A stretch of DNA of 64,000 bases, taken from contig DASXCO010000064.1 in NCBI GenBank assembly GCA_036491125.1, positions 18,552 through 82,551 of the forward strand. The letters run 5' to 3'. The notes under the pieces were generated by a model. That model saw nothing but the letters and a program-made list of their open reading frames with translations, made no database searches and had not been told where the DNA came from. The translations under genes and the position numbers were made by a program. The stretch's first letter is position 1, and each line of letters opens with the position of its first letter. This DNA comes from Acidimicrobiales bacterium. GTDB taxonomy: Bacteria > Actinomycetota > Acidimicrobiia > Acidimicrobiales > AC-9. Below, in pieces: positions 56,927 to 64,000 of this stretch.

Positions 56927-57628
56927 GTGAGATGGCCAATCCGCTCTCTCATCGGCACCATGGCGGCGATCGCCCTCGTACTCTCGGCCCTCCTGGCCGG
57001 GCTTCACTCCGGCGGACGAGGAGCCAGCCCCGCCCCGTCTCGACTGGTGGCCCAGGCCAGCTCGGCAACCTCCTCGCTGACTCCTGGCATCGCCTCCGAG
57101 CAGGCGGCGGTGGACGCGGTCAACCAGCGCCTGTCGGCCGCGACCGACCAGGCCGAGGCCCAGCAACTCCAATTGGCGGCGGCCTGGCTGAGGGCGGCCA
57201 ACGCCCGGCCTTCAGCCCCCAGACCGGCCACCGAACCAGCCCCCGCACGGCCCGTCGCCGCCCCCCCGACGGACGCGGGACCGGGTCAGCGGGCCCTGGC
57301 CGCCGCCGAAGCCGAGCTGGGCAAGCCCTACCGCTACGCCGGTGCCGGGCCCAACAGCTTCGACTGCTCAGGGCTGACCATGTGGGCATGGAGGACCGCA
57401 AGCGTGTCCCTACCTCACTCCGCCACTGATCAGTACCAGTCGACACCGCACGTGGCGCTGTCCAGCCTCCAACCCGGCGACCTGCTGTACTTCGGGTCGA
57501 GCACCAGCGACATCGCTCACGTGACCATGTACGTGAGCCCTGGTCGCATGATCGAGGCGGAGGACACGGGCACCGTCGTGAGCATCAACCCCATCCGCTC
57601 TGGCCTGGTGGGCGCCAGCCGGCCCTAG
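56927..57628 (+). CDS. NlpC/P60 family peptidoglycan endopeptidase (RipA-like), N-terminal TM/signal
   Basis: [24 protein letters not shown]......LPHSATDQY......GDLLYF......HVTMYV. Start uncertain (GTG 56867, GTG 56927 or ATG 56960). Confidence 0.8.
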   Translation: MRWPIRSLIGTMAAIALVLSALLAGLHSGGRGASPAPSRLVAQASSATSSLTPGIASEQAAVDAVNQRLSAATDQAEAQQLQLAAAWLRAANARPSAPRPATEPAPARPVAAPPTDAGPGQRALAAAEAELGKPYRYAGAGPNSFDCSGLTMWAWRTASVSLPHSATDQYQSTPHVALSSLQPGDLLYFGSSTSDIAHVTMYVSPGRMIEAEDTGTVVSINPIRSGLVGASRP

Positions 57629-57656
57629 GGGCGGCGCGCCGTCAGGCCATTCGCCT

Positions 57657-57677
57657 GGCCGGCCTCCCGGGCCGGCC
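57657..57677. terminator. GC hairpin GGCCGGCC-tcccg-GGCCGGCC (single copy of the dispersed repeat core) between convergent genes
   Basis: 8-bp all-GC stem that abuts the TAA stop of the minus-strand gene (57678) and lies 29 nt after the NlpC/P60 stop. Confidence 0.5.
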
Positions 57678-58538
57678 TTAGCCACCCGCCCCGGCGGCCC
57701 TGGTCAGCTGCACCTGAGGCTGCACGGGGGGGCTCGACGCCCATTTGCCGGACGAGGGCGTCCACCGCAGGCCGGCGAAGGTCACCCCCGTGATGCGATA
57801 GGCGTAGGCGTTGGCGACGAGCCAGCTCGCCACGGTCCAGCCCCGTGCCGGCGTCAAGGCGGCGCCCAGGGCGGGGGACCCGAGCTCAGTCGTCATGGCG
57901 TCGGTGAGGGTGCCGGTCCCGCTGGTCCGGCTCGGAGTGGAGAACTGACAGGTCAGGCCGCCGGGAACCTCGCCGGTCAGCACCTGGGCCAGGTCCCGGG
58001 CCTCGGGCTCCCAGAAGGCGTAGGCCTCGGGTGCGGCGCTGCGCTGCACCCGCTGGGCGGCCTCGGTGACGGGCAGCGAAGCCCATCCAGGGACCTGCAC
58101 CAGGGCCCGGTAGAAGGCCGACGCTGCGTAGCTGGGGACGATGAGCTGCGAGGCCGATCCCCAACCCTGGGACGGGCGCTGCTGGAAGAGCCCGACGGAG
58201 TCCAGATCGCCGTTGGGGATGTTGTGCAGTCGCGATTCCTGGAGGGCGGCGGCCAGGGCGACCGTCACACCGTGGTCCTCGACGCCGTCGCGCTTGCCGA
58301 CGGCGGCGATCGTGGCCGCACTCGCCGCCTGGGCGAGCTCGAGCGGGTAGCTGCGAGACGCCACCGTGGCCGTGCACCCCGGGGCGGCGCTCGGACGGCC
58401 AAAGCGGGTGACCACGATCGTCGCGCCACCGGCGATGATGGCGAGGACCAGGGCGGTGAGGGCCAGTCGCCGGCCCCAACGGGGCCGGCGAGCATTCAGC
58501 TCGGTACCGGAGGGCGGTGTGTCTTCCAGGGTGGGCAA
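57678..58538 (-). CDS. Secreted/anchored protein with lysozyme-like (SLT-type E-S...GLFQ) motif; putative cell-wall enzyme
   Basis: TM anchor RLALTALVLAIIAGGATIVV. ALQESRLHNIPNGDLDSVGLFQQRPSQGWG resembles the ES...GLxQ signature of lytic transglycosylases. Start uncertain (TTG 58538 chosen); the track ORF extension to 58997 looks non-coding. Confidence 0.55.
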   Translation of the reverse strand: MPTLEDTPPSGTELNARRPRWGRRLALTALVLAIIAGGATIVVTRFGRPSAAPGCTATVASRSYPLELAQAASAATIAAVGKRDGVEDHGVTVALAAALQESRLHNIPNGDLDSVGLFQQRPSQGWGSASQLIVPSYAASAFYRALVQVPGWASLPVTEAAQRVQRSAAPEAYAFWEPEARDLAQVLTGEVPGGLTCQFSTPSRTSGTGTLTDAMTTELGSPALGAALTPARGWTVASWLVANAYAYRITGVTFAGLRWTPSSGKWASSPPVQPQVQLTRAAGAGG

Positions 58539-59000
58539 AGTCCGTCCTGGGGCTCGGCCGCTGTCGACGCGGCTTGGGTGAGGGACTCCTGGAGGCTCCC
58601 AACCCCAGATCGCCCCGCTCAATAGTGCCGTGGCTCGGCGCCCTCTGCGAGTCACCCGAGGCCCGAGTGACAGGCGGAGATGCGACGACGAGGCTACCGA
58701 TCGCGGCCAGAAGCGACAAAGGAAACACGGGTCACACCGGGAATGTGGCGGTGTCCAACCGCGTCGAGTTCTCGACCCTGGCGATGCCGCTGTTTGTATC
58801 CCGTCATCGATCCACATCGCGGCAATCGAGGTTGGACAAACGGCTACAAGATCGGCCAACGAACGACGACGCGCCATCGCGCCTGACCCCGCTGACGTGG
58901 ACCGCGTCCGCGTGAATACGCGCGCGACACAGCACCATCCACCTCGACACACATAACTCCCGCTACCATTTATGTGCTCCGTCATATAGTCCAACACGAG

Positions 59001-59399
59001 ATGGGGGTGATGACGGTGGTAGTAGCAAGGAGACGGGTGGCAAGAGCTGCACCCAAGAAGTCAGCGAGCAAGAAAGCGGTAAGGCGGCGACCTGCCGCGA
59101 GGAAGACCACAGCCAAGAAGGCCGTCAAGCGCAGCCCCGCTGCGCGCAAGACGATCAAGCGCACCACTGCCCGCAAGGCAGTTCGGCGGCCCGCAGCCAA
59201 GAAGACGGCCAAGCGGCCCGCAGCCAAGAAGACGGCCCGGCGTCCGGTGGCGAAGAAGGCTGCCCGGCGTCCGGCGGCGAAGAAGGCCGTTCGGCGCACG
59301 ACAGCCAAGAAGGCCGTGCGGCGCCCGGCAGCCAAGAAGACAACCCGACGTCCCGTCGCCAAGCGGGCCCGGAAGACCACAAGCGCCAGAAAGCGCTGA
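59001..59399 (+). CDS. Histone H1-like basic repeat protein (second paralogue)
   Basis: Repeats of AARKTxKRxPAAKKTAKRPAAKK type. TATAGT at 58985-58990, about 10 nt before the ATG, suggests a near-leaderless mRNA. Start could be 58974, 59001 or 59010. Confidence 0.6.
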   Translation: MGVMTVVVARRRVARAAPKKSASKKAVRRRPAARKTTAKKAVKRSPAARKTIKRTTARKAVRRPAAKKTAKRPAAKKTARRPVAKKAARRPAAKKAVRRTTAKKAVRRPAAKKTTRRPVAKRARKTTSARKR

Positions 59400-59589
59400 G
59401 CAGGCAGTACCCGCAGTCTGCGGTCCGCTAGTGGGCCCGGGCTCATCGGGTCGGTGTGTGATCGGCCGCTCCACGGTGTGGTCACGTCGTCCTCGGTGTG
59501 ATGCCAGGGACGGCGTTCCATGCCCTCCGGAGCTTGGTGATCCTGGAGGCGCCGAACACCGGCTTCGTCGAGTCTTCGCTCGGTCGAGC

Positions 59590-60108
59590 TCAGCTCGTCC
59601 GAGGCACGTGTCGTAGCTCGTCGAGCCAGGCGATGACGGCGCGTTCGTAAGCGATGCCGAAGCGGATCACCGCGTCCTTGTACGGGTCGTCATCGTCGAG
59701 GTACCCATCGAGGGACGTGTAGAGGTCCAAGCGGCCGGCGTGCTCCTGACGGGCCTCCTCGACGAAGGCGGCGAGCCTCGACGGCTCGAGGTGACGACCG
59801 AACCACAAGGAGACGAGCAGGGGAAACCGGATCTGCTCGGCTGCGGGCGGGCGCCGGATCCATTCGCGGAACTCCCTGCGCCCCGCCTCCGTGATGGAAA
59901 ACGGGACGCGATCCCGTACACCAGGGCGACCGGCTTCGATCAGGCCTCGTTCTTCGAGCACTCGCAGCTCCCGGTACACGTGGCTGGAGGTGACGTTCCA
60001 GAAGCGCGAGAGCCCGCCCTCGACCCGTCGGATCAGGTCCCACCCGGTCAGCGGTCCCTCGTGGAGAAAGCCCAACAGCGAGCCCTGGGTCGCGTTCAGC
60101 TCAGCCAC
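59590..60108 (-). CDS. PadR family transcriptional regulator
   Basis: GSLLGFLHEGPLTGWDLIRRVEGGLSRFWNVTSSHVYRELRVLEERGLIE......PFSITEAGRREF. Confidence 0.85.
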   Translation of the reverse strand: MAELNATQGSLLGFLHEGPLTGWDLIRRVEGGLSRFWNVTSSHVYRELRVLEERGLIEAGRPGVRDRVPFSITEAGRREFREWIRRPPAAEQIRFPLLVSLWFGRHLEPSRLAAFVEEARQEHAGRLDLYTSLDGYLDDDDPYKDAVIRFGIAYERAVIAWLDELRHVPRTS

Positions 60109-60111
60109 GCT

Positions 60112-60163
60112 TTGACATTCCCTTCTGGACGGTTAGAGTGTTCAGACATTCCCTTGGGGAATG
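60112..60163 (+). promoter_or_regulatory. Promoter (TTGACA-16 nt-TAGAGT) plus palindromic operator CATTCCC-ttg-GGGAATG in the padR/phyH divergent region
   Basis: -35 at 60112-60117, -10 at 60134-60139. 17-bp palindrome at 60147-60163 over the predicted TSS. GACATTCCCTT also occurs twice (60114-60124, 60145-60155). Confidence 0.35.
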
Positions 60164-60191
60164 ATCGCACCGGCGCACGGAGGAGGGACAC

Positions 60192-60989
60192 ATGACCGAG
60201 GACGCTGCGGCGCTGCTGGCCGAGCGCGGGTACGCGATGATCCCTGACGCAATTAGCGCCGAGCAGGTCAGGTGGGCCCGGGCCGACCTCGAGACGATCC
60301 TGGCCAGCACGCCATCGGGTCGGGACGACTTCGAGGGCCGGCGCACGCGGCGCGTGTACGCGCTGTTCGCCAAGACCCGCTCGCTCGACGCCCTGGCCCT
60401 GCATCCCGAGGTGCTGGCCACCCTCGACCGGGTGCTCGGGGCCTGTCAGCTGAGCGCCCCGGCCGGCATCTCGATCGGCCCCGGCGAGCAGGCCCAGCCC
60501 CTCCATCCCGATGACGCCATCTACCCGCTGCCCCGACCGCACGACGAGGTTGTCATGAACGTGATGTGGCCGTTGCAGGAGTTCACCGAGGCGAACGGGG
60601 CCACCCGTATCGTGCCCGGGAGCAACCGCTGGACGACCGAGCGACCCGACCCGGACACCCCGACGGTCACCGTCGAGATGCCGCCAGGCGCGGCGCTGCT
60701 CTACAGCGGGAGCGTGTGGCACGGCGGGGGTGCCAACCGGACCGAGCACGACCGCCTGGGTGTGGTGCTGCACTACGCGGCGTCTTGGCTGCGGCCGGTC
60801 GAGAACCATGTCCTCGCCGTCCCCCCGAGCCTGGCGTCGACCCTCCCCGAGCGCCTCCAGGAGCTTCTCGGCTACAACATCCACCCGCCGTTCATCGGCT
60901 ACGTCGACGGCCGCCATCCTCGCAAGCTGCTCGAGGAACGCGAGCCGAACGAGCACGACCGCACGGCGTCGGCTACGGCGAGCTCCTGA
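60192..60989 (+). CDS. Phytanoyl-CoA dioxygenase (PhyH) family Fe(II)/2-oxoglutarate oxygenase
   Basis: QPLHPDD...NVMWPLQEFTEANGATRIVPGSN...ALLYSGSVWHGGGANRT. SD GGAGGAGGG. Confidence 0.8.
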   Translation: MTEDAAALLAERGYAMIPDAISAEQVRWARADLETILASTPSGRDDFEGRRTRRVYALFAKTRSLDALALHPEVLATLDRVLGACQLSAPAGISIGPGEQAQPLHPDDAIYPLPRPHDEVVMNVMWPLQEFTEANGATRIVPGSNRWTTERPDPDTPTVTVEMPPGAALLYSGSVWHGGGANRTEHDRLGVVLHYAASWLRPVENHVLAVPPSLASTLPERLQELLGYNIHPPFIGYVDGRHPRKLLEEREPNEHDRTASATASS

Positions 60990-62331
60990 GGCCTCGGCCG
61001 GCCCGGGAGGCCGGCCGAGGAGAGGAGCCGGCCCGGGAGGCCGGCCGAGGAGAGGAGCCGGCCGGGGAGGCCGGCCCAGAAGAGGAGCCGAGGCCGAACA
61101 GGTGCTGGCCCACCTTGCGCATCTGGATCTCCTCGGAGCCCTCGGTGATGCGGTAGCGCCGGTGGTGGCGGTAGATGTGCTCGAAGGGCATGTGCCGGCT
61201 GTAGCCCACGCCACCACAGGTCTGCATCGCCCGGTCGGCGGCGTCGCACGCCAGGCGATTGGCGCGGTAGTTGCACATGGCGACCTCGTGGGTGACCTCC
61301 ATGTGGTGGTGTCGGTCGAGCGCCCAGGCGGTGGACCGCACCAGCTGGCGCAGCATCGCCGCTTCGGTGTGCAGCTCCACCAGCGGGAACTGGATGGCCT
61401 GGTTCCGCGACAACGGCCGGCCCCACGTCTCGCGCCCGTTGGCATAGGCCACCGCCTCGTTGATGCAGAACTGCGCAGCGCCCAGCGAGGAGGCCGCCTG
61501 GCGGATGCGGTTCTCGTGGACGAAATGCTGGGCCAGCTCGAGACCGTGGTCGACGGCACCGAACACGGCTGACCTCGGCACCCGCACGTCGGCGAGGGTC
61601 ACCTCGGCATGATCGGTGGGCATGTTGAAGGTCCACCAGAAGAAGTCGACCGAGAAACCCGGCGAGTCAGTGGGCACGAGGAAGGCGCTGATCCCGAACG
61701 GTGACGCCGACTCTCCCGACGTCCGGGCGAAGATGATGTCGTGGGTGGCGTGATGCAGCCCCGAGTTGAAGCGCTTGCGCCCGTTGATGACCCACTCGTC
61801 ACCGTCGAGCACCGCCGTCGTGTCGAGATAGGTCGCGTCGGACCCATGGTCGGGCTCGGTGAGCCCGAAAGCGAGGCGGCGCGTCCCGCCGAAGAACCCG
61901 GGCATCCACTCGGCGCGCTGGGCCTCCGTGCCGAAGTCGCGCATCATGAGCACGGTCGGGAAGTTGCCGACGATCGAGCTCTCGTTCTGGAGGTCGTTGT
62001 GCAATCCGAGGCCCCGCGAGGCGAGGTGCTCCCGGATGATCGCCATCTCCAGATTGGTGGCCTCATGCCCGCCGTACTCCTTTGGCAGTGCCCACCGCAG
62101 CCAACCGGCGGCGTCGGCCCGGCGTCGCATCTCGGCCAGCAGCTCCTCCCATTCCTGGCGAGGGACGCCGCCAGCTTCGAAATCGGTGCGGGCGTACTCA
62201 CGTCGATGATCGAAGAAGCGAACGTTGTCGTCCTGGCGCTCGAGCGGCACGATCTCCCGCTCGATGAAGTCGTCGAGGGCGCCCAGCGTCGCTTGAATCT
62301 CCTGCGGGATCTCGAAGTCCACGGCTGACAC
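60973..62331 (-). CDS. Acyl-CoA dehydrogenase with repeat-derived C-terminal tail
   Basis: GTG 62331: ...LAFGLTEPDHGSDA...NGRKRF.S.....D....ART...FLVP...PG......MP......V.LADVRVP...FG.PL...Q.IQF.L.....E......RITEGSEEIQ. The last 35-40 aa (GSSSGPASPAGSSPRPASRAGSSPRPASRAG) are encoded by the 30-bp repeat array. The track ORF N-terminal 359 aa is junk. Confidence 0.85.
   Translation of the reverse strand: MSAVDFEIPQEIQATLGALDDFIEREIVPLERQDDNVRFFDHRREYARTDFEAGGVPRQEWEELLAEMRRRADAAGWLRWALPKEYGGHEATNLEMAIIREHLASRGLGLHNDLQNESSIVGNFPTVLMMRDFGTEAQRAEWMPGFFGGTRRLAFGLTEPDHGSDATYLDTTAVLDGDEWVINGRKRFNSGLHHATHDIIFARTSGESASPFGISAFLVPTDSPGFSVDFFWWTFNMPTDHAEVTLADVRVPRSAVFGAVDHGLELAQHFVHENRIRQAASSLGAAQFCINEAVAYANGRETWGRPLSRNQAIQFPLVELHTEAAMLRQLVRSTAWALDRHHHMEVTHEVAMCNYRANRLACDAADRAMQTCGGVGYSRHMPFEHIYRHHRRYRITEGSEEIQMRKVGQHLFGLGSSSGPASPAGSSPRPASRAGSSPRPASRAGRGLRSSP
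60998..61087. repeat. Tandem repeat, 30-bp unit x3 with hairpin core GCCGGCC-CGGGA-GGCCGGC
   Basis: ccggcccgggaggccggccgaggagaggag at 60998-61027 and 61028-61057; degenerate copy at 61058-61087. Sits between or overlapping the convergent PhyH and ACAD 3' ends. Confidence 0.85.
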
Positions 62332-62469
62332 CGTAGGACGGCGGCCGGCCGGAAGGCGACCCGCCTGTGCAACCAGATGGATCGGCCCGCACGGTTCGCT
62401 TCGAGACATGAAGGGGCCGCGACCCGCGTCCGGGAGGATCGCGGTGGCTCCCCCTCGAAACCATGGACG

Positions 62470-64000
62470 ATGAGGCGACGGGTGGCCATGCTCACCGCGT
62501 GCGCCCTCGTCGTCGGGCTGCTGGGCGCCGCGCCCGCCCAGGCCGGGCAGCCAGGAGCCTCGCGCGCATCGAGCGGGATGCCCGATGACGTACCCGCCGC
62601 CGCCCTCCGGCCGGCGCCGACGCTGCCCGTCCCCGCTGCATGGCCGGGACCAGAGCGCTTCCCCCGAACGGCCGGCACGGGTCGCCTGGCCGGGGGCGGC
62701 TACTACTGGACCGACTGGATCTACGACGACCACGGGGCCCGAGGCCTGCCGGGGGTGCCGGGCGCTCCCGGCGCCGATCCGGCCGAGCAGGGCGTCCCCT
62801 CCTTCGGCGACTACAGCTATCCGCCCGGCCCGGCGGACAACAACGGCGCCGACATCTTCCGGGCGGGCATCTTCCTCGAGCCGGCCGCCACGGTGTGGCG
62901 GGTGGACTGGAACACGCTCGCCGATCCGAGCGTGCCCATCGCCGAGTGGGCGTTCGCCACCGGTGGATCCACGTCGACCGGCAGCCTGTGGCCGGCCGGC
63001 GCCGGAGTTCGCTCGCCCGGGATCGACCGGGCGATGGTTGTCTCGAGCAGGGGCGCCAGTCTCCTGGACGTGCGCAGCGGCGCCGTGCTCGCCCGTCTGC
63101 CGGTCGACGTGGATCTCGGGGCCAGGTCCTTCGTCGTCCGGGTCCCCCGTCGCGTCCTCGCCCCGAGCGGTAGCTGGATCGTGCGCCTGGCCTCGGGCCT
63201 GGCCAATGCATCCGGCGACGGCTTCGCCCCCGCCCGCGGGGCGCTGCCGACTGAGCCGGCCGTCTACAACGTGGCCTTTCGCGGCGTCGCCCAGGAACCA
63301 CCGGGTGACAACTTCTGGAACGACGACGGCCAGGCCGCCGCCCTGGCAGGCGGGGACGTGAGCGCCTTCTCGGCGACGATCCGGTGGGCGGACCTGGCCG
63401 CCCGGCACACGACGCCCGAGCCCGCCCCGACGGGCTGGAGCGACCGATGGTACGTGTCGTCGATCGAGCCGGGACAGGGAGAGCGAACAGACGTCGGCGG
63501 TATCGCCGACGGCAAACCGGTGTATCTGGGCCGGATCCAGCCCTACGCCGTCTACGTCCCCAGTCGGTACGACCCCGCCCGCCCGGCGCCGCTCACCTTC
63601 CTACTCCACTCCCTCACCCAGAACCACAACCAGTACGCAGCGACCACTCCGAAGCTCTCCCAGGAAGCTTGCGAGGCCCGGCAGTCCATCTGCGTGGGCA
63701 CCTTGGGCCGCGGGCCCGCCGGCGGGTTCGTGAACGAGGCCCAGCTGGACTTCTGGGAGGTCTGGCGCGAGGCGGCGTCCGCCTACCGCCTCGACCCCGA
63801 TCGAACCGTCGTCGCGGGGTACTCGATGGGCGGTTTCGGGGCGGGGCTCCTCGCCGAGGGCCACCCCGACCTCTTCGCCAGGGCGATCCTGCTGGCCGGG
63901 GCGGCGGGGAACACGCCCAGCCTGGACAACGTGCGCTGGGTGCCCGTGTACCTCGCCGGTGGCGCGGCGGACGAGCTGGTGCCCGTCACCGACGAGATCG
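62470..64000 (+). CDS. Secreted protein with C-terminal alpha/beta-hydrolase (esterase/peptidase-like) domain; 3' end beyond window
   Basis: Absent from ORF track (no in-window stop). Own translation from ATG 62470: MRRRVAMLTACALVVGLLGAAPAQA (signal peptide)...YYWTDWIYDDHGARG...VYVPSRYDPARPAPLTFLLHSL...RTVVAGYSMGGFGAG (GxSxG nucleophile elbow)...VPVYLAGGAADELVP. Open to nt 64000. Confidence 0.7.
   Translation, partial: MRRRVAMLTACALVVGLLGAAPAQAGQPGASRASSGMPDDVPAAALRPAPTLPVPAAWPGPERFPRTAGTGRLAGGGYYWTDWIYDDHGARGLPGVPGAPGADPAEQGVPSFGDYSYPPGPADNNGADIFRAGIFLEPAATVWRVDWNTLADPSVPIAEWAFATGGSTSTGSLWPAGAGVRSPGIDRAMVVSSRGASLLDVRSGAVLARLPVDVDLGARSFVVRVPRRVLAPSGSWIVRLASGLANASGDGFAPARGALPTEPAVYNVAFRGVAQEPPGDNFWNDDGQAAALAGGDVSAFSATIRWADLAARHTTPEPAPTGWSDRWYVSSIEPGQGERTDVGGIADGKPVYLGRIQPYAVYVPSRYDPARPAPLTFLLHSLTQNHNQYAATTPKLSQEACEARQSICVGTLGRGPAGGFVNEAQLDFWEVWREAASAYRLDPDRTVVAGYSMGGFGAGLLAEGHPDLFARAILLAGAAGNTPSLDNVRWVPVYLAGGAADELVPVTDEI

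Noticed and set aside
62585-63361. Plus-strand ORFs 62585..63361 and 62640..63173 and minus-strand ORF 62492..63301
   Set aside because: They are out of frame with the signal-peptide-bearing ORF starting at 62470, which contains a GxSxG hydrolase motif and remains open to the window end. Their sequences are Arg/Pro junk.

Overview
Very GC-rich (about 70% by eye, not computed) actinobacterial-type chromosomal segment that is almost fully coding. I call 56 protein-coding genes. Two of them, at the window edges, are missing from the supplied ORF track because they have no in-window stop. I also call several intergenic tandem-repeat arrays, hairpin terminators and promoter/operator candidates. 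I recognised no rRNA, tRNA, CRISPR array, transposase or integrase. The six-frame track is dominated by long spurious Arg/Pro/Gly-rich ORFs and by N-terminal over-extensions. I chose real genes by family motifs, G/C-ending codons, Shine-Dalgarno (SD) spacing and start/stop coupling. Content, left to right: selD (partial), GYD protein, rpiB, GH38 mannosidase; a gpsA / glycosidase-like / Rv1264-type adenylate cyclase operon; F420-related genes (cofC/fbiD, LLM oxidoreductase, Rv0121-type PPOX); HU plus stand-alone histone-H1-like basic repeat proteins; a zinc-ribbon-cyclase-STAND-TPR giant; pafB-pafC followed by a chromosomal MobF relaxase; an SPFH/zinc-ribbon plus Tim44-like pair; cfa; an L,D-transpeptidase; a pncB / disulfide reductase / Tat phosphoesterase operon; egtABCD preceded by a 24-codon uORF; a lower-GC islet (GH10 xylanase, orphan OmpR regulator, GH5 cellulase); an HMG-CoA-synthase-like::DUF35 fusion with an SCP-x thiolase; acnA; cell-wall hydrolases; PadR-PhyH-ACAD; and a secreted hydrolase (partial). 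The most unusual observations are: (i) the pafBC WYL pair runs into a relaxase with an intact HUH nuclease domain but degenerate Walker A/B helicase motifs, with no other conjugation genes visible; (ii) a family of tandemly arrayed GC-rich hairpin repeats (core GCCGGCC-CGGGA-GGCCGGC) sits in divergent promoter regions and extends into coding ends; (iii) the HMGCS-like::DUF35 fusion appears to lack its nucleophilic Cys; (iv) an SD-preceded uORF lies 6 nt upstream of egtA; (v) a long structured leader, possibly ydaO-like, precedes a lysozyme-like gene. All functional calls rest on motif recognition by eye; no database search was run.
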